Below are positions 1-8,154 of a stretch of 64,000 nucleotides of DNA, piece by piece (positions within the stretch are counted from its first letter, which is position 1; each line of letters opens with the position of its first letter). The position numbers and the translations under genes are program-made. The stretch is from Planctomycetota bacterium (GTDB taxonomy: Bacteria; Planctomycetota; UBA1135; UBA2386). Location of the stretch: positions 7,800 through 71,799 of the forward strand of contig DASVAL010000017.1 in the NCBI GenBank assembly GCA_036376355.1, written 5' to 3'. The notes under the pieces were generated by a model. It worked only from the letters and a program-made list of their open reading frames with translations, had not been told where the DNA came from and made no database searches.

Positions 1-346
1 CCAGGCCGAAGTGCGCGGACACATGCTGACAGCGGGAGCGACCACGAGCGTGCAGTTCGTGCTCGACCTCGGTCGCCATTCGATCGCGGGCCGCGTGGTC
101 ACGCGCGGTGGACAACCGGCCGTTGGCGCGCACGTGCGCTTCGACCGTTCGCTGAACACGGGGACCGGCGTGTGCTGCCTCTCGACGCGCACGCTCGTCA
201 CCGATCGGAACGGATGCTTCGAATTCGAACGACTCGGGCCGGGGCCCGGCACGCTGACCGTATTGGCCAACGGTTGCGTCACCGAGATCGTCGGCGTCGA
301 GGAGGACTCGAGCCCGGTTGTCGTCGTTCGCCGGATCACCAATTGA
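1..346 (+). CDS. C-terminal fragment of a carboxypeptidase-regulatory-like (CarboxypepD_reg beta-sandwich) repeat protein; the 5' end lies outside the window
   Basis: The frame is open to the left edge and stops at TGA 344-346. The segment GRVVTRGGQPAVGAHVRF...TDRNGCFEFERLGPG matches the repeat type seen many times in 25884..29072. Confidence 0.6.
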   Translation, partial: QAEVRGHMLTAGATTSVQFVLDLGRHSIAGRVVTRGGQPAVGAHVRFDRSLNTGTGVCCLSTRTLVTDRNGCFEFERLGPGPGTLTVLANGCVTEIVGVEEDSSPVVVVRRITN

Positions 347-355
347 TGCCTTCAC

Positions 356-1225
356 ATGCACCCTCGAGTCGCCGACACCATGTCCGAACCAGGTTCTCTT
401 CCTTTGCGCGCAGTCATGATGCTTGCGCTGACAGCCGTTCTCGCGCCGAGGGCGCTGGCCCACGGCGATCTCGACAAGCGGATCGCGGAGGTGACACGTC
501 AGATCGAGCGGGCGCCGGACCGCGCCGACCTGCGGTTCAAGCGCGCGGACTTGCATCGACGGCACGAGGACTGGCCCGCCGCGCGCACTGACATCGCCGC
601 CGCCCGGCGGCTCGCCCCGGACCTGCAGGACCTCGATTACCTCGCTGGCCTCGTCGAGTTCGACGCCGGCAAGCACGCTGCCGCCGTCGAGTTGCTCGAC
701 CGCCAGCTGACCGCGAAGCCCGGACACCTTCCGACGCTGCTGTGCCGCGCCCGTGCGCTCGTGGCGCTCGAGCGCCCGCGCGACGCCGTACGCGACTACG
801 ACGCGGCGCTGCGCCTGCTGCCGGAGCCCCTTCCGGACCATTACCTCGAGCGAGCCCGCGCCCAGTGCGAAGCGGGCGCGGACGTCGCGGTCGTGCTGCA
901 GGGACTCGACGAAGGGATCGGGCGCCTCGGCCCCGTCGTGAGCCTGCAGTCGCTGGCCGTCGACCTCGAGCTGCGGCGTGACGATCGACTGGCGGCCCTG
1001 CGCCGCATCGACACGATCCTGCCGACGCTGCCGTTCCGCGGCCCCTGGTTGCTGCGCCGCGGCCAGCTGCTCGAGCAGGACGGTCGCAAGGCAGAGGCCC
1101 GACAGTCCTACACGGAAGCAATGCGCGAGCTGATGGCGATCCCCGACGCACGCCGCCGCAGCAGCACGCTGCACCGCGAGCTCGAGCAACAGCTCCGGCG
1201 CGCTCTCGAAATCCAACAACGGTGA
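356..1225 (+). CDS. Secreted TPR-repeat protein
   Basis: ATG at 356 (alternative ATG at 380). It has a signal-like N-terminus (LRAVMMLALTAVLAPRALAHG). Helical hairpin repeats follow, with TPR-like A/L/Y/D spacing. The stop overlaps the next ORF (GTGA at 1222-1225). Confidence 0.7.
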   Translation: MHPRVADTMSEPGSLPLRAVMMLALTAVLAPRALAHGDLDKRIAEVTRQIERAPDRADLRFKRADLHRRHEDWPAARTDIAAARRLAPDLQDLDYLAGLVEFDAGKHAAAVELLDRQLTAKPGHLPTLLCRARALVALERPRDAVRDYDAALRLLPEPLPDHYLERARAQCEAGADVAVVLQGLDEGIGRLGPVVSLQSLAVDLELRRDDRLAALRRIDTILPTLPFRGPWLLRRGQLLEQDGRKAEARQSYTEAMRELMAIPDARRRSSTLHRELEQQLRRALEIQQR

Positions 1226-1230
1226 TCAAC

Positions 1231-2958
1231 ATGACCTCACGAACACAGAATCATCCTGGCGGCAGATGGCTGCTCGCCATCGCTGCGCTCTCGTTCCTTG
1301 CGGCAGCGGCGAGCGCGCAGACCGTGACGCGCGGCCCTTATCTGCAGCAGGGCACGGAGAACTCGGTCGTCGTCAAGTGGCGCACGAGCACCGCGACGGA
1401 CAGCCGCGTCCGGTTCGGCGCTCAGCCGGGCCAGCTCACGACGACGGTCGACGAACCGACCGTCACGACGAACCACCGCGTCACCCTCACGGGACTGACG
1501 CCGAGCACGAAGTACACGTACTCGATCGGCTCGACGACGGCCACGCTCGCCGGCGACGATGCGACGCACTTCTTCGTGACCTCACCGCCGCCCGGTGCCG
1601 CCTTCCCGACGCGCATCTGGGTCCTCGGGGACCCCGGCAACGGCAGCTCGGGCCAGCGCGCAGTCCGCGACGCATACTACGGGTTCACCGGGACGCGTCA
1701 TACCGACCTCTGGTTGTTGCTCGGTGACAACGCCTACCAGGACGGAACCGACAGCGAGTACCAGAGCAACTTCTTCAACATCTACCCCTCGATGCTGCGC
1801 AAGTCCGTCGTCTGGTCGACGCTCGGCAACCACGACGGCCACTCGGCCGACTCGGCTACGCAGTCGGGACCGTACTACGACATCTTCTCGTTCCCGCGGA
1901 ACGGCGAAGCGGGCGGTGTGCCGTCGGGCACGGAGGCGTACTACTCGTTCGACTACGGCAACATCCACTTCGTGTGCCTCGACTCGTACGAGTCGAGCCG
2001 CTCGCCGACCGGCGCGATGCTGCAGTGGCTGCAGCAGGACCTCGCGATGAACAACAAGATGTGGCTCATCGCGTTCTGGCACCATCCGCCGTACAGCAAG
2101 GGCTCGCACAACTCGGACAGCGAGACCGCGATGGTCCAGATGCGCACGAACGCGCTGCCGATCCTCGAGGCTGCTGGCGTCGACCTCGTGCTGTGCGGGC
2201 ACAGCCACAGCTACGAGCGGTCGAAGCTGATCGATCGACACTACGGCTCGTCGAGCACCTTCAACTCGAACCATGTCCTCGACAGCGGTGACGGTCGCGT
2301 CGACGGCGACGGCGCCTACGAGAAGGGCATGGGCGGCAACGACGGCGCCGTGTACATCGTCGCGGGCTCCTCGGGCATGACAAGCGGCGGATCGCTGAAC
2401 CACCCGGTCATGTTCGTGTCGCTGAACGTGCTGGGCTCGCTCGTGCTCGACGTCAACGGCAGCCAGATGGACGTGAAGTTCCTCGACAACAACGGCGCGT
2501 GGCAGACCAGGGACTACCTGACGCTGACGAAGAGCGCCGGCGGTCCTCCGGTCGGCAACTTCGTCGGGACGCCGACGTCCGGCGCGATGCCGCTCGCGGT
2601 GAACTTCACGGATCTCTCGACGAACGGCGCGACGTCATGGTCGTGGGACTTCGGCGATGGCCAGACTTCCACGCAGCGGAACCCGTCGCACACGTATGCG
2701 AACGAGGGCACCTACACCGTGAAGCTCACGGCCACGAACTCGCTGGGTACCGACCAGGAGGTCAAGAACGGCTACATCACGGTCACCCCGGCGGGTGGCG
2801 GTGGTGGTGGCGGCGGCGGTGGTGGCGGCGGCGGCGAGGAGTCCGGCGGTGGTGCCGTGGACCCGCTGATCGCGCTGCTGGCGCTCGGCGTGCTCACGAT
2901 CGCCGTTGCGACGCGCCGTCGCCGCAGCCGGCAACAGCTGGGCGCCGGGGCGCTGTGA
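1231..2958 (+). CDS. Secreted purple-acid-phosphatase-like metallophosphoesterase with a PKD domain and a GlyGly-CTERM-type sorting tail
   Basis: Signal peptide (LLAIAALSFLAAAASAQ). Calcineurin-like phosphoesterase motifs are present (GDPG, GDNAY, GNHD, WHHPPYS, GHSHSYER). A PKD domain follows (WSWDFGDGQTSTQRNPSHTYANEGTYTVKLTATN). Then come about 14 Gly codons, EESGGGAVDP, the hydrophobic helix LIALLALGVLTIAVA and TRRRRSR. An alternative GTG start lies at 1222. Confidence 0.85.
   Translation: MTSRTQNHPGGRWLLAIAALSFLAAAASAQTVTRGPYLQQGTENSVVVKWRTSTATDSRVRFGAQPGQLTTTVDEPTVTTNHRVTLTGLTPSTKYTYSIGSTTATLAGDDATHFFVTSPPPGAAFPTRIWVLGDPGNGSSGQRAVRDAYYGFTGTRHTDLWLLLGDNAYQDGTDSEYQSNFFNIYPSMLRKSVVWSTLGNHDGHSADSATQSGPYYDIFSFPRNGEAGGVPSGTEAYYSFDYGNIHFVCLDSYESSRSPTGAMLQWLQQDLAMNNKMWLIAFWHHPPYSKGSHNSDSETAMVQMRTNALPILEAAGVDLVLCGHSHSYERSKLIDRHYGSSSTFNSNHVLDSGDGRVDGDGAYEKGMGGNDGAVYIVAGSSGMTSGGSLNHPVMFVSLNVLGSLVLDVNGSQMDVKFLDNNGAWQTRDYLTLTKSAGGPPVGNFVGTPTSGAMPLAVNFTDLSTNGATSWSWDFGDGQTSTQRNPSHTYANEGTYTVKLTATNSLGTDQEVKNGYITVTPAGGGGGGGGGGGGGGEESGGGAVDPLIALLALGVLTIAVATRRRRSRQQLGAGAL
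2794..2835 (+). repeat. Run of about 14 Gly codons (GGY) preceding the GlyGly-CTERM helix
   Basis: Read directly: ggt ggc ggt ggt ggt ggc ggc ggc ggt ggt ggc ggc ggc ggc, followed by gag gag. Confidence 0.85.
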
Positions 2959-3614
2959 TGCTCGCCCCGAACCTGAGTGCGGTGGCCTGCACCGCGGCGC
3001 TCGCGGCCTTCGCCGCGGTCGCCGCGTGGCCACCGCTGGCCGGCGCGCTGGTGCTCGAGCGCTCGCGGCTGTCCGCGGAGCCGTGGCGCCTGCTGACCGG
3101 CCACTGGACGCACTGGAGCGCCGACCACCTGATCTGGAACGTCCTGGTGTTCGGCGCGCTCGGCGCGCTGATGGAACTGCGCAGCAGAGCCCGTTTCCTC
3201 GCGTGCATCGTCGTCAGCGCGCTCGCGATCTCCGCGGCGCTGGTCGTGTTGCAGCCACAGGTCGCGCACTACCGCGGTCTCAGCGGCATCGACTCCGCGC
3301 TGTTCGCAGCGGTCGTCGTCGCACTGCTCCACGACGCACTCGCTGCTGGCCGATGGCGCACCGCGTCGTGCCTCGTGCTCGCGTTCGCGGGCCTGCTGGC
3401 CAAGATCGTGTTCGAGTCGACCACCGGCCGGTTGCTGTTCGTCGACGCTGCCGCGTTCACCTCGGTCCCGCTCGTACACGCGGTCGGTGCCATGGTCGGT
3501 GTCGTGATCGCGCTGGTGCCCGTCCCGGGGCGCGCGAGAGCCGCGGCGCAGGCGCGGGAACGCGACCGGTTCGTGCCCGCGGTGTCCGCCAGCCGTACGA
3601 GTCAGGCGTCCTGA
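2958..3614 (+). CDS. rrtA: Rhombosortase (rhomboid-family intramembrane serine protease dedicated to GlyGly-CTERM proteins)
   Basis: ATG at 2958 overlaps the upstream stop (TGATG). The protein is polytopic and hydrophobic. Rhomboid signatures are present: EPWRLLTGHWTHWSADHLIWN, GLSGIDSA (GxSG serine) and HAVGAMVG (His). It sits directly downstream of a GlyGly-CTERM cargo. Confidence 0.8.
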   Translation: MLAPNLSAVACTAALAAFAAVAAWPPLAGALVLERSRLSAEPWRLLTGHWTHWSADHLIWNVLVFGALGALMELRSRARFLACIVVSALAISAALVVLQPQVAHYRGLSGIDSALFAAVVVALLHDALAAGRWRTASCLVLAFAGLLAKIVFESTTGRLLFVDAAAFTSVPLVHAVGAMVGVVIALVPVPGRARAAAQARERDRFVPAVSASRTSQAS

Positions 3615-3738
3615 CGCGCGAGTCGGCCCGCCGCGGCCGCCGAACGTTCGCGTGCGACCGACATCTCGCGGTCGCGTTAGGCTACGGGCGAATACTCATC
3701 CGCGCCGGCCGTTTCTGGCCGCCCTCAGGAGGCCCGTA

Positions 3739-5532
3739 ATGAATCCCCAGCTGTCCCATTGCACGCTCGCGTTCACGCTTTGTTCGCTCGGACTCGCCCA
3801 GGCACCGCACGTCGTCCGGCCCACGACCGACGACGTCCTGCCCTCATCGACCTACGCCTCGATGCAGTTCGGCGGCTTGTCCGCCTGCCGGCATTCGGCG
3901 ACGGCGCTGCCGCTCGCATCGGTCGTCGAGGCCTTCCTGCAGCGCATCCCCGCCGAGAGCCGCGCCCAGCACGTAGACCACGCCTTCGAGCACGGCGCGC
4001 GTCACATCCAGCAGGTGCTGCAGCACACGGGACTGAGCGCCGCCGACGTGAGAGCCGTGCTCGCGCAGCCGATGACCTTCGCGTGCGGCCGCCTCACGAT
4101 CGAAGGCATGGGACCCTCGGTGGCCCTGATCATCGAGGAAGGGGATCACGCAGCCGCGATCGGCCGCTGCATCGCGGGGCTCGAGAGCCTGGCGCGGCAG
4201 GCGGGGATCGTCGTCGAAGAAGCGAAGGTCGGGGACCTGGCCGTGCGCCACGCTCGGATGCCAAAATCGCCACCGGTCTTCGCCGCTTCCGTCGGCGGTT
4301 ACCTCGTGCTCACGAACAGCCGCGGCCAGCTCGGCGAGATCGCCGACGTCGTGCGCGGCGGCCAGCCGGGGCTCGCGCGCAGCTCGCGGCTCGCGGACCT
4401 GCGGCGCCGCCTGCCCGAGCCAGCGCTCGCTTCCGTGTTCGTGAACACGGCGAGTCTTGCCGCGATGCTCGATCCGCACCTGCCGTACGAGACCGCCGAG
4501 TTCGCCGCGGCGCTCGGCATCGGGCGGGTCGACGCCTTCTACGCGGGCACTACCGCGTCGGCTCGAGGCGGCTGCGACGTGGTCCACTTCGGACTCGGCG
4601 GCAGTGAACACGGTCTCGTCAAGGCGCTCTTTGCGCAGCCGGCCGATCTCGGCTTCGCGAGCATCTGTTCGCAGAACACGGTCGTGTTCGCCGCGGGCTG
4701 CTTCGACGCCACGGCGGCCGCCGATGCGTATGCACGTTGCGTCGAGATGCTGCCGATCAGCGGTCGTGAGCAGGCCGACAACCTGCGCAAGGGCCTCGAT
4801 CGCAGGCTGCGGAAGCTCGGGATGACCGCGGCATCGGCCAATGCGCTGGTGCGCGGCTTCGGCAACCAGGTCGGTTTCGCGCTGAGTCTCGAGAAGGGGC
4901 CGACGCCGAAGCCCGAGCTGCTCGTCAGGGTCGGCGTGCGCGATGCGAGTGTCGTCGCACCGTTCGTGAAGCAGCTCGAGTCGATGTCCGCCGAGCACGG
5001 CCCGCTCGAATGGAAGACACGCAAGGTCGGCGACCACGAGGTCCGGTTCTGCAACGTCACGCTGAACGAGGTCCAGTTTCCGCTGTCGCCGTGCTACGTG
5101 ATCACGGATCATGCTCTGCTGGTCGGCTCCGACGTCGCGGTCCTCGTGCGCGCACTGCGCCAGGACGCACAACCCGAAGAGAGCCTCGCTGCGCAGCCGG
5201 ACTTCAAGGAGCTGCAGGCGACGGTGGCCGGCGGCAGCGGTTTCGTGCACATGCGGCTGTTCCGCGCGGTCGAGATCGGCTGGCGCACAGTCGAGACGCT
5301 GGCGTATCCGATGCTCGATGCGAAGAAGGAGAAGGTCGGCTTCTCCAGCGAAGCGCTGCCCGATACGGAGACGATGGCCAAGGCGCTCGGCACGAGCACG
5401 TTCGTCTACGACGTCGACGACCATGGCATCACGTGGAGGAGCCACGGCACGATGGCCTTCGGCACGATGTTCGCTTCGTTCGGTGCCGTGCTCGACGAGT
5501 TGCTGAGCCGTGCCGGCGGCAAGATCTACTAG
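3739..5532 (+). CDS. Secreted hypothetical protein (possibly DUF3352-like)
   Basis: ATG at 3739 is preceded by AGGAGG at 3727-3732. It has a signal peptide (LAFTLCSLGLAQA). The 597-aa translation is non-repetitive with globular composition. The family assignment is tentative. Confidence 0.7.
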   Translation: MNPQLSHCTLAFTLCSLGLAQAPHVVRPTTDDVLPSSTYASMQFGGLSACRHSATALPLASVVEAFLQRIPAESRAQHVDHAFEHGARHIQQVLQHTGLSAADVRAVLAQPMTFACGRLTIEGMGPSVALIIEEGDHAAAIGRCIAGLESLARQAGIVVEEAKVGDLAVRHARMPKSPPVFAASVGGYLVLTNSRGQLGEIADVVRGGQPGLARSSRLADLRRRLPEPALASVFVNTASLAAMLDPHLPYETAEFAAALGIGRVDAFYAGTTASARGGCDVVHFGLGGSEHGLVKALFAQPADLGFASICSQNTVVFAAGCFDATAAADAYARCVEMLPISGREQADNLRKGLDRRLRKLGMTAASANALVRGFGNQVGFALSLEKGPTPKPELLVRVGVRDASVVAPFVKQLESMSAEHGPLEWKTRKVGDHEVRFCNVTLNEVQFPLSPCYVITDHALLVGSDVAVLVRALRQDAQPEESLAAQPDFKELQATVAGGSGFVHMRLFRAVEIGWRTVETLAYPMLDAKKEKVGFSSEALPDTETMAKALGTSTFVYDVDDHGITWRSHGTMAFGTMFASFGAVLDELLSRAGGKIY

Positions 5533-5544
5533 CAGCCGGCGAAT

Positions 5545-5601
5545 CAGCGGGGCTGAGCCGCTGAGTTGGAGCCGACGCCCGCAGCGGGCGCGGCTCAACT
5601 G
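5545..5601. terminator. Pair of GC-rich hairpins between convergent genes (candidate bidirectional terminator)
   Basis: Hairpin 1 is CAGCGG-ggctgag-CCGCTG (5545-5563). Hairpin 2 is an imperfect palindrome, GAGTTGGAGCCGACGCCCGC-agc-GGGCGCGGCTCAACTG (5563-5601). There is no clear U-tract. Confidence 0.45.
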
Positions 5602-5621
5602 CGATCTGCCGCGGGCGCGAC

Positions 5622-6635
5622 TCACACCCTGGCCAGCACGACCTTGAGCGGCGGCTTGCCGTCGAACGACGGGAAGTCCGCGTCGACGGCGATCGACTCG
5701 AGGGATTGCAGCGGCCGCCCGGCCTTCGCGGCGCAGCGGCGCAGGTCCTCGTGCCAGCCTGCTTCGTCGACCTCGGGCACGTGGTTCGTGGCGATCAGCA
5801 CGCCACCTTCGGCGAGCGCGAGCACGCACGGTTTCCACAGCGATTGGTAGTCGTTCACGACGTCGACCGTGCCGAAGGGCCCCTTCGCGAGGCGCGGTGG
5901 GTCGAGCACGACGAGGTCGAACCGCTGGACCTCGATGCGCGGGAACGGCACGTTGCGTCCGGGCCGTTGCACGGGCAGGCCGGCGAGCTGCCGCAACACC
6001 GGAATGCAGTCCGAACGCAGCACCGTGAAGCGGTCGTTCGCGATGCCGTTCCGCTCGGCGTTGCGCACGCCGACGTCGAGTGCGGTCTGCGAGAAGTCGA
6101 CGTTCAGCACGCGGCGTGCGCCTGCGACAGCCGCGGCGACGCCGATGGCGCACGTGTACGCGAACAGGTTCAGCACCGACCTGCCTGCCGCGAGACTGCG
6201 CACGGCGCTGCGGCCCGCGCGCAGGTCGAGGAACACCCACGGATCCTGCCCGCGATGCCGCGCGCGCACGAGGAACCGCACGCCGGCCTCATGGCATTCG
6301 TTCTCCGCGAGTGCTTCGGGCGCGGGTGCGTGCTCGACGAAGCCGGGCGGCGGCGGCGTGCCGCGATGGTTGCATGCGATCGGCAGGTCGAGCGTCAGGG
6401 CGCGGCAGGCGACCGTGCGCAGCCTCTCGACGACCTGCGCGGCGAGTGCGTTGCGGAAGGTCTGCAGCAGCAAGACCGGTCCGTAGCGATCGAGTGTGAC
6501 GCCCGGGGCGCCTTCGGCGACGCCGTGCAGCAACCGGTAGCAGTCGGTTCCGGCTGCGTGCAGCTGCTGCAGCAGCGGAGCTCGCCGCTCGATCGCCTGC
6601 TCGAGGGCGGCCGCCAGTTGGTGCGGCTCGATCAC
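5622..6635 (-). CDS. Class I SAM-dependent methyltransferase, RlmI/RlmK-like (rRNA cytosine-C5 type)
   Basis: SAM-binding and catalytic-region motifs are present (VLNLFAYTCAIGVAAAVAGARRVLNVDFS, FDLVVLDPPRLAKG). The GTG start at 6635 overlaps the stop of the upstream small gene (GTGA). The longer ORF N-terminus is Arg-rich and looks spurious. Confidence 0.75.
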   Translation of the reverse strand: MIEPHQLAAALEQAIERRAPLLQQLHAAGTDCYRLLHGVAEGAPGVTLDRYGPVLLLQTFRNALAAQVVERLRTVACRALTLDLPIACNHRGTPPPPGFVEHAPAPEALAENECHEAGVRFLVRARHRGQDPWVFLDLRAGRSAVRSLAAGRSVLNLFAYTCAIGVAAAVAGARRVLNVDFSQTALDVGVRNAERNGIANDRFTVLRSDCIPVLRQLAGLPVQRPGRNVPFPRIEVQRFDLVVLDPPRLAKGPFGTVDVVNDYQSLWKPCVLALAEGGVLIATNHVPEVDEAGWHEDLRRCAAKAGRPLQSLESIAVDADFPSFDGKPPLKVVLARV

Positions 6636-6943
6636 AGGGCCGGCGGGTTCTCGGGTTGCTCGACGATCTCGCAGATGCCGTGGCGGTCGATGCGGATCCG
6701 GCCCTTCGCTTCGAGCGCCTGCCACACCTCTGGCGGGTATTGCTGCGGCGGCTTGACGCCGACGACGCCCGAATGACCTCCCTTGCTCATCGGGTCGTGC
6801 CCGAGCTTCGACTCGTCGTCGAGCCGCGTCACCTTGAGGCGCTTCTTGAGCGCCTTCATCGCGCGCTGCAGCGTCTCCTTGGTGAACGTTCCGTCCGGAT
6901 TGCGTTCGACGATGTTCTTCGGCTCGGGGTCGTGCGTGCCCAT
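6632..6943 (-). CDS. Small hypothetical protein (103 aa), translationally coupled to the methyltransferase
   Basis: ATG at 6943. The sequence is hydrophilic and Lys-containing (MGTHDPEPKNIVERNPDGTFTKETLQRAMKALKKRLK...) and unlike the GC-artefact ORFs. The upstream 115 aa of the tracked ORF are Arg/Pro junk. Confidence 0.55.
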   Translation of the reverse strand: MGTHDPEPKNIVERNPDGTFTKETLQRAMKALKKRLKVTRLDDESKLGHDPMSKGGHSGVVGVKPPQQYPPEVWQALEAKGRIRIDRHGICEIVEQPENPPAL

Positions 6944-7020
6944 GCCGGGATCATGGCAAAGCGGGCCGGTGCGCGCATTCGAGGGTTGCAGCTTTCGCTG
7001 CGGATGCGTATGCGAGCGGC

Positions 7021-7290
7021 ATGGCCAATGCCAAGGAGGTCGCCAAGGAGGTGGAACGTGTGCGCAAGGCCCTGCGCGCCAGGCTCGGTTCGGGCGCGGA
7101 CGTCGTGGTCGCGGCCGCGGAGCTGCGGTTGCTGCTCGACGAGACGGGCAGGCTCGTGCAGAGCAACGATCGGCTGCGGCGGCAGAATCGCCGCATGCGG
7201 TTGAAGCTGCAGCGCGCCGGCATCGCGGCAGACGCGGCCGATGCATGCGATGGAACCGAGGATCCAATCGACCCCGTCGGTGCGCCATGA
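7021..7290 (+). CDS. Small coiled-coil hypothetical protein (89 aa)
   Basis: ATG start. Third-position GC is high when the codons are read by eye. The sequence has heptad-like character (AKEVERVRKALRARL...LRRQNRRMRLKLQRAG). The stop overlaps the next start (ATGA at 7287-7290). Confidence 0.55.
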   Translation: MANAKEVAKEVERVRKALRARLGSGADVVVAAAELRLLLDETGRLVQSNDRLRRQNRRMRLKLQRAGIAADAADACDGTEDPIDPVGAP

Positions 7291-8081
7291 GGGCGGCGCG
7301 CGTCGTGCTCGTGCACTGGAACGCCGAGGAGGCTGCCGAACGCGCGGGGCGCCTGCAGCAACTCGGCTACGTGGTCGACACGCACTGGCGACACGACGCC
7401 AGTGGGGAGCTGACGCGTGGCCTCGCGAAGGCGCCTCCGGCGGCGGTCGTGATCGACCTCGGCAGGCTGCCTGCGCACGGGCGCGCGATCGCGACGTGGT
7501 TGCGCGGGCGAAAGTCGCTGCGCCGCGTGCCGATCGTCTTCGTTCCCGGCGACGCCGAGAAGACGGCGCGCATGCGCACCGCGTTTCCGGACGCGACCTA
7601 TGCGGCCTGGGCGCGCATGTCGACGGCGCTGCCGAAGGCCATGTCGTCGCCGCCGCGCGATCCCAAGGTACCCGCGGCTCCGGACTACTCGGGCACACCG
7701 CTGCCGAAGAAGCTGGGGGTCAAGGAAGGTGGCCGGCTCGGGCTCGTGCGCGCACCGAGGAACTTCGCCGACACGCTCGGGGATCTCCCGCCGGGTGCCG
7801 TGACGACGAAGAGCCTCGCCGGGGAGATCGAGGTGATCGTCGTGTTCTGCCGGGCCCTCGCGGAGCTGCGCGCGGACTGGCGCTCCGCGGTCGATTGCCT
7901 CGCGGAGCGCGGCAGCTTGTGGGTCGCCTGGCCGAAGCGGGCGTCGGGCCTGACCACGGACCTCACGGAGGACGTCGTGCGCGCGTTCGGCCTCGACCAG
8001 GGCCTCGTCGACACGAAGGTCTGCGCGATCGACGCAGTCTGGTCGGGCCTGCGGTTCTCGCGCCGGCGGGCGAAGCGGTAG
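7287..8081 (+). CDS. Degenerate receiver-like domain fused to a DUF3052-like domain
   Basis: The N-terminal alpha/beta segment resembles a REC domain. It keeps the phospho-Asp position (AAVVIDLGRLP) but lacks the acidic DD pair (VLVHWNAEE). The C-terminal segment PDYSGTPLPKKLGVKEGGRLGLV...WVAWPKRASGLTTDL resembles DUF3052. Confidence 0.6.
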   Translation: MRAARVVLVHWNAEEAAERAGRLQQLGYVVDTHWRHDASGELTRGLAKAPPAAVVIDLGRLPAHGRAIATWLRGRKSLRRVPIVFVPGDAEKTARMRTAFPDATYAAWARMSTALPKAMSSPPRDPKVPAAPDYSGTPLPKKLGVKEGGRLGLVRAPRNFADTLGDLPPGAVTTKSLAGEIEVIVVFCRALAELRADWRSAVDCLAERGSLWVAWPKRASGLTTDLTEDVVRAFGLDQGLVDTKVCAIDAVWSGLRFSRRRAKR

Positions 8082-8154
8082 GGGCGTTTGCCGCCCGCGT
8101 GGCCGCTCCGTATCCTGAGGCGCCCCAGTTCAGGGGTCCCGCCCTGGAGGTTCC

